A stretch of 26,438 nucleotides of DNA from a virus (Duplodnaviria > Caudoviricetes): positions 1 to 26,438 of IMG/VR virus record IMGVR_UViG_3300017784_002410. The stretch is one strand, 5' to 3'. The position numbers were made by a program, and so were the translations under genes. The notes under the pieces were generated by a model, which was given only the letters and a program-made list of their open reading frames with translations, was not told the origin of the DNA and did not search any database. Of the stretch, positions 24,596 to 26,438 are shown in pieces; position 1 is the stretch's first letter; the number at the start of each line of letters is the position of its first letter.

Positions 24596-26438
24596 ATGAC
24601 AACCAATTTCACTGGCGATTTTAATGTAGATCCATACTATGATGATTTTTCTGCATCAAAAAATTATCATAGAATTCTTTTTAAACCTGGATATGCTGTT
24701 CAGGCTAGAGAATTAACACAATCACAATCAATCTTACAGAATCAAATTACTAGTTTTGCTGATGCAATTTTCACACAAAATACACCGGTATCTGGTGGCA
24801 AAGTAACAGTAAATCAAAATGTATATTATTTGAAATTGAATACTACTATTGGTGGTACAGCAATCGCTGCTTCAAATTTTAATAATGGTGTCATCCACAA
24901 TTCGGATTTTAGTGTTGTAGCAAAAGTTTTAAAAACAGTCGAAGCAACAACAACAGCTTCTGGTGCCGCTGGAGATTCACCGACATTGATTGTTAGTTAC
25001 ATTACTGGTTCAAAATTTGGTTCTGGTGATACAATTAATTTACAAAATTCAAACTATACCGCAACAATTATCACTACAACAGCAACAAACATAGCAACGG
25101 GTTTAAGTTCTATTGCTTCTATATCCAATGGAATATTTTACGTTAAAGGTAATTTTGTTACTGTTTTGGAAAATACTATCGTTTTAGAAAAATACAATTC
25201 AACACCTTCAGTTAGAGTTGGTTTGAATGCAAGTGAAACTTTAGTTAGTTATACAGACGATAGCTCTTTGTTAGATCCTGCAATTAGTGCTTCAAACTAT
25301 CAGGCTCCTGGTGCTGACCGATATGCAATCACATTAGCATTAGAAACTAGAACACTTGATTTAGGAAATGACAGTTCATTTATTGAGTTGGTTCGTTTGG
25401 AAAATGGTAGTATTCTAAAACAAGTTGATGGTACAGTGTATTCAATTATTGATGATTATTTGGCTAAACGTACAAGTGATACAAATGGTGATTTTATCGT
25501 CAAAGACTATACACTAACACCAAAAGCAAACACAATAAATTCAGCAAAATACGATTTGGGTATTTCTAAAGGTATTGCATATGTTCGTGGATATAGATTA
25601 GAAACACAGAGTGATGTTACCTTAACCAACGACCGAGCAAGAACAACATACACAGCAAATAATAATCCAACTTATATTGATTATGGAAATTATTTCTATG
25701 TTAATACAGCTAACGGTGTTTTTGATGTAAGTACACTACCACAGGTAGATTTCCACACCGTCATAACATCAAACGTATTAACAACAAATACAACCACATA
25801 TAATTCAACATTGGCTGCGACTGGTTATATCAGAAATATGATATTCTCTAGTACCTCAAATACAACCAATGGTGCAGCGTATATCTATAAGGCCTATGTG
25901 TTTGGTTTACAGAATCAAACATTATCAGCAAACGTTGCTGCAGGTTCTGCCAATAACAATTATATTACACTACCACATACAGCACAATTCTCTGCTAATG
26001 CTAATGCTTACTATAATGTAACGGTTAGTATTGATAAAGGAACATCGGCCGGAGATTTTAGAGTAATTACATCTTATTCACCAAGTAATGCCACTAAAGT
26101 AGCTTTTGTTGATAGGCCATTTACCGTTGCACCAGATACCACATCGGTATTTACATTGCGGTTCGATGTTACTGATTATGAAACAATAATTAAATCTACA
26201 TTCAACACAACATATTCAATCACGGCAAACGCTGCAATAGATAATAGCAGCAAAGTATCTAACAATCCATTAAATGATACAGTTCTACAAAATGCAAACA
26301 ATCCAGAGTTACTATTTAACTTAGGTAATCGTTATGTGAGTTCTGTCACCGACACTTCTTATAATACAGTTCAGGTATTCAGAAACGTATCATTTGGTGT
26401 TTCTGGTGGTAACATTGTTGGAACATTGACTTTTGGTC
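24596..26438 (+). CDS. VrlC/DUF4815-like large structural protein, 3'-truncated by the window end (absent from the ORF track)
   Basis: ATG 24596: MTTNFTGDFNVDPYYDDFSASKNYHRILFKPGYAVQARELTQSQSILQNQI; later APGADRY, YLAKRTSDTNGDF, GIAYVRGY; usual position after gp8. Confidence 0.88.
   Translation, partial: MTTNFTGDFNVDPYYDDFSASKNYHRILFKPGYAVQARELTQSQSILQNQITSFADAIFTQNTPVSGGKVTVNQNVYYLKLNTTIGGTAIAASNFNNGVIHNSDFSVVAKVLKTVEATTTASGAAGDSPTLIVSYITGSKFGSGDTINLQNSNYTATIITTTATNIATGLSSIASISNGIFYVKGNFVTVLENTIVLEKYNSTPSVRVGLNASETLVSYTDDSSLLDPAISASNYQAPGADRYAITLALETRTLDLGNDSSFIELVRLENGSILKQVDGTVYSIIDDYLAKRTSDTNGDFIVKDYTLTPKANTINSAKYDLGISKGIAYVRGYRLETQSDVTLTNDRARTTYTANNNPTYIDYGNYFYVNTANGVFDVSTLPQVDFHTVITSNVLTTNTTTYNSTLAATGYIRNMIFSSTSNTTNGAAYIYKAYVFGLQNQTLSANVAAGSANNNYITLPHTAQFSANANAYYNVTVSIDKGTSAGDFRVITSYSPSNATKVAFVDRPFTVAPDTTSVFTLRFDVTDYETIIKSTFNTTYSITANAAIDNSSKVSNNPLNDTVLQNANNPELLFNLGNRYVSSVTDTSYNTVQVFRNVSFGVSGGNIVGTLTFG

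Overview
AT-rich fragment of a large T4-like myophage genome with cyanophage-style gene order; a Gram-negative, probably proteobacterial, host is inferred. From left to right: (1) the 3' part of a phage tmRNA gene, probably two-piece/permuted (tag ANDSQFALAA), then an outer-membrane beta-barrel gene, a conserved small hypothetical behind a pseudoknot-like leader, a SleB-type wall hydrolase, gp33, gp59, a HAD 5'-nucleotidase and gp32 with its terminator; (2) a minus-strand block gp4-gp2-gp54-gp26-gp51 plus two related tape-measure-like proteins, one with a GH19 domain; (3) a plus-strand baseplate operon gp48, gp53, hub, split gp5, hypothetical, gp25, GIY-YIG homing endonuclease, gp6, gp7, fibre-like protein, gp8 and a partial VrlC/DUF4815-like gene. 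Main non-obvious signals: a candidate -1 programmed frameshift (A AAT TTT TTC) fusing gp26 to a gp51 ORF that lacks a good start, analogous to lambda G/GT; an in-frame TAA in gp6; two consensus-type sigma70 promoters inside coding sequences; and an RNA pseudoknot/switch at 729-764. All family assignments come from motif recognition and synteny, not database searches.
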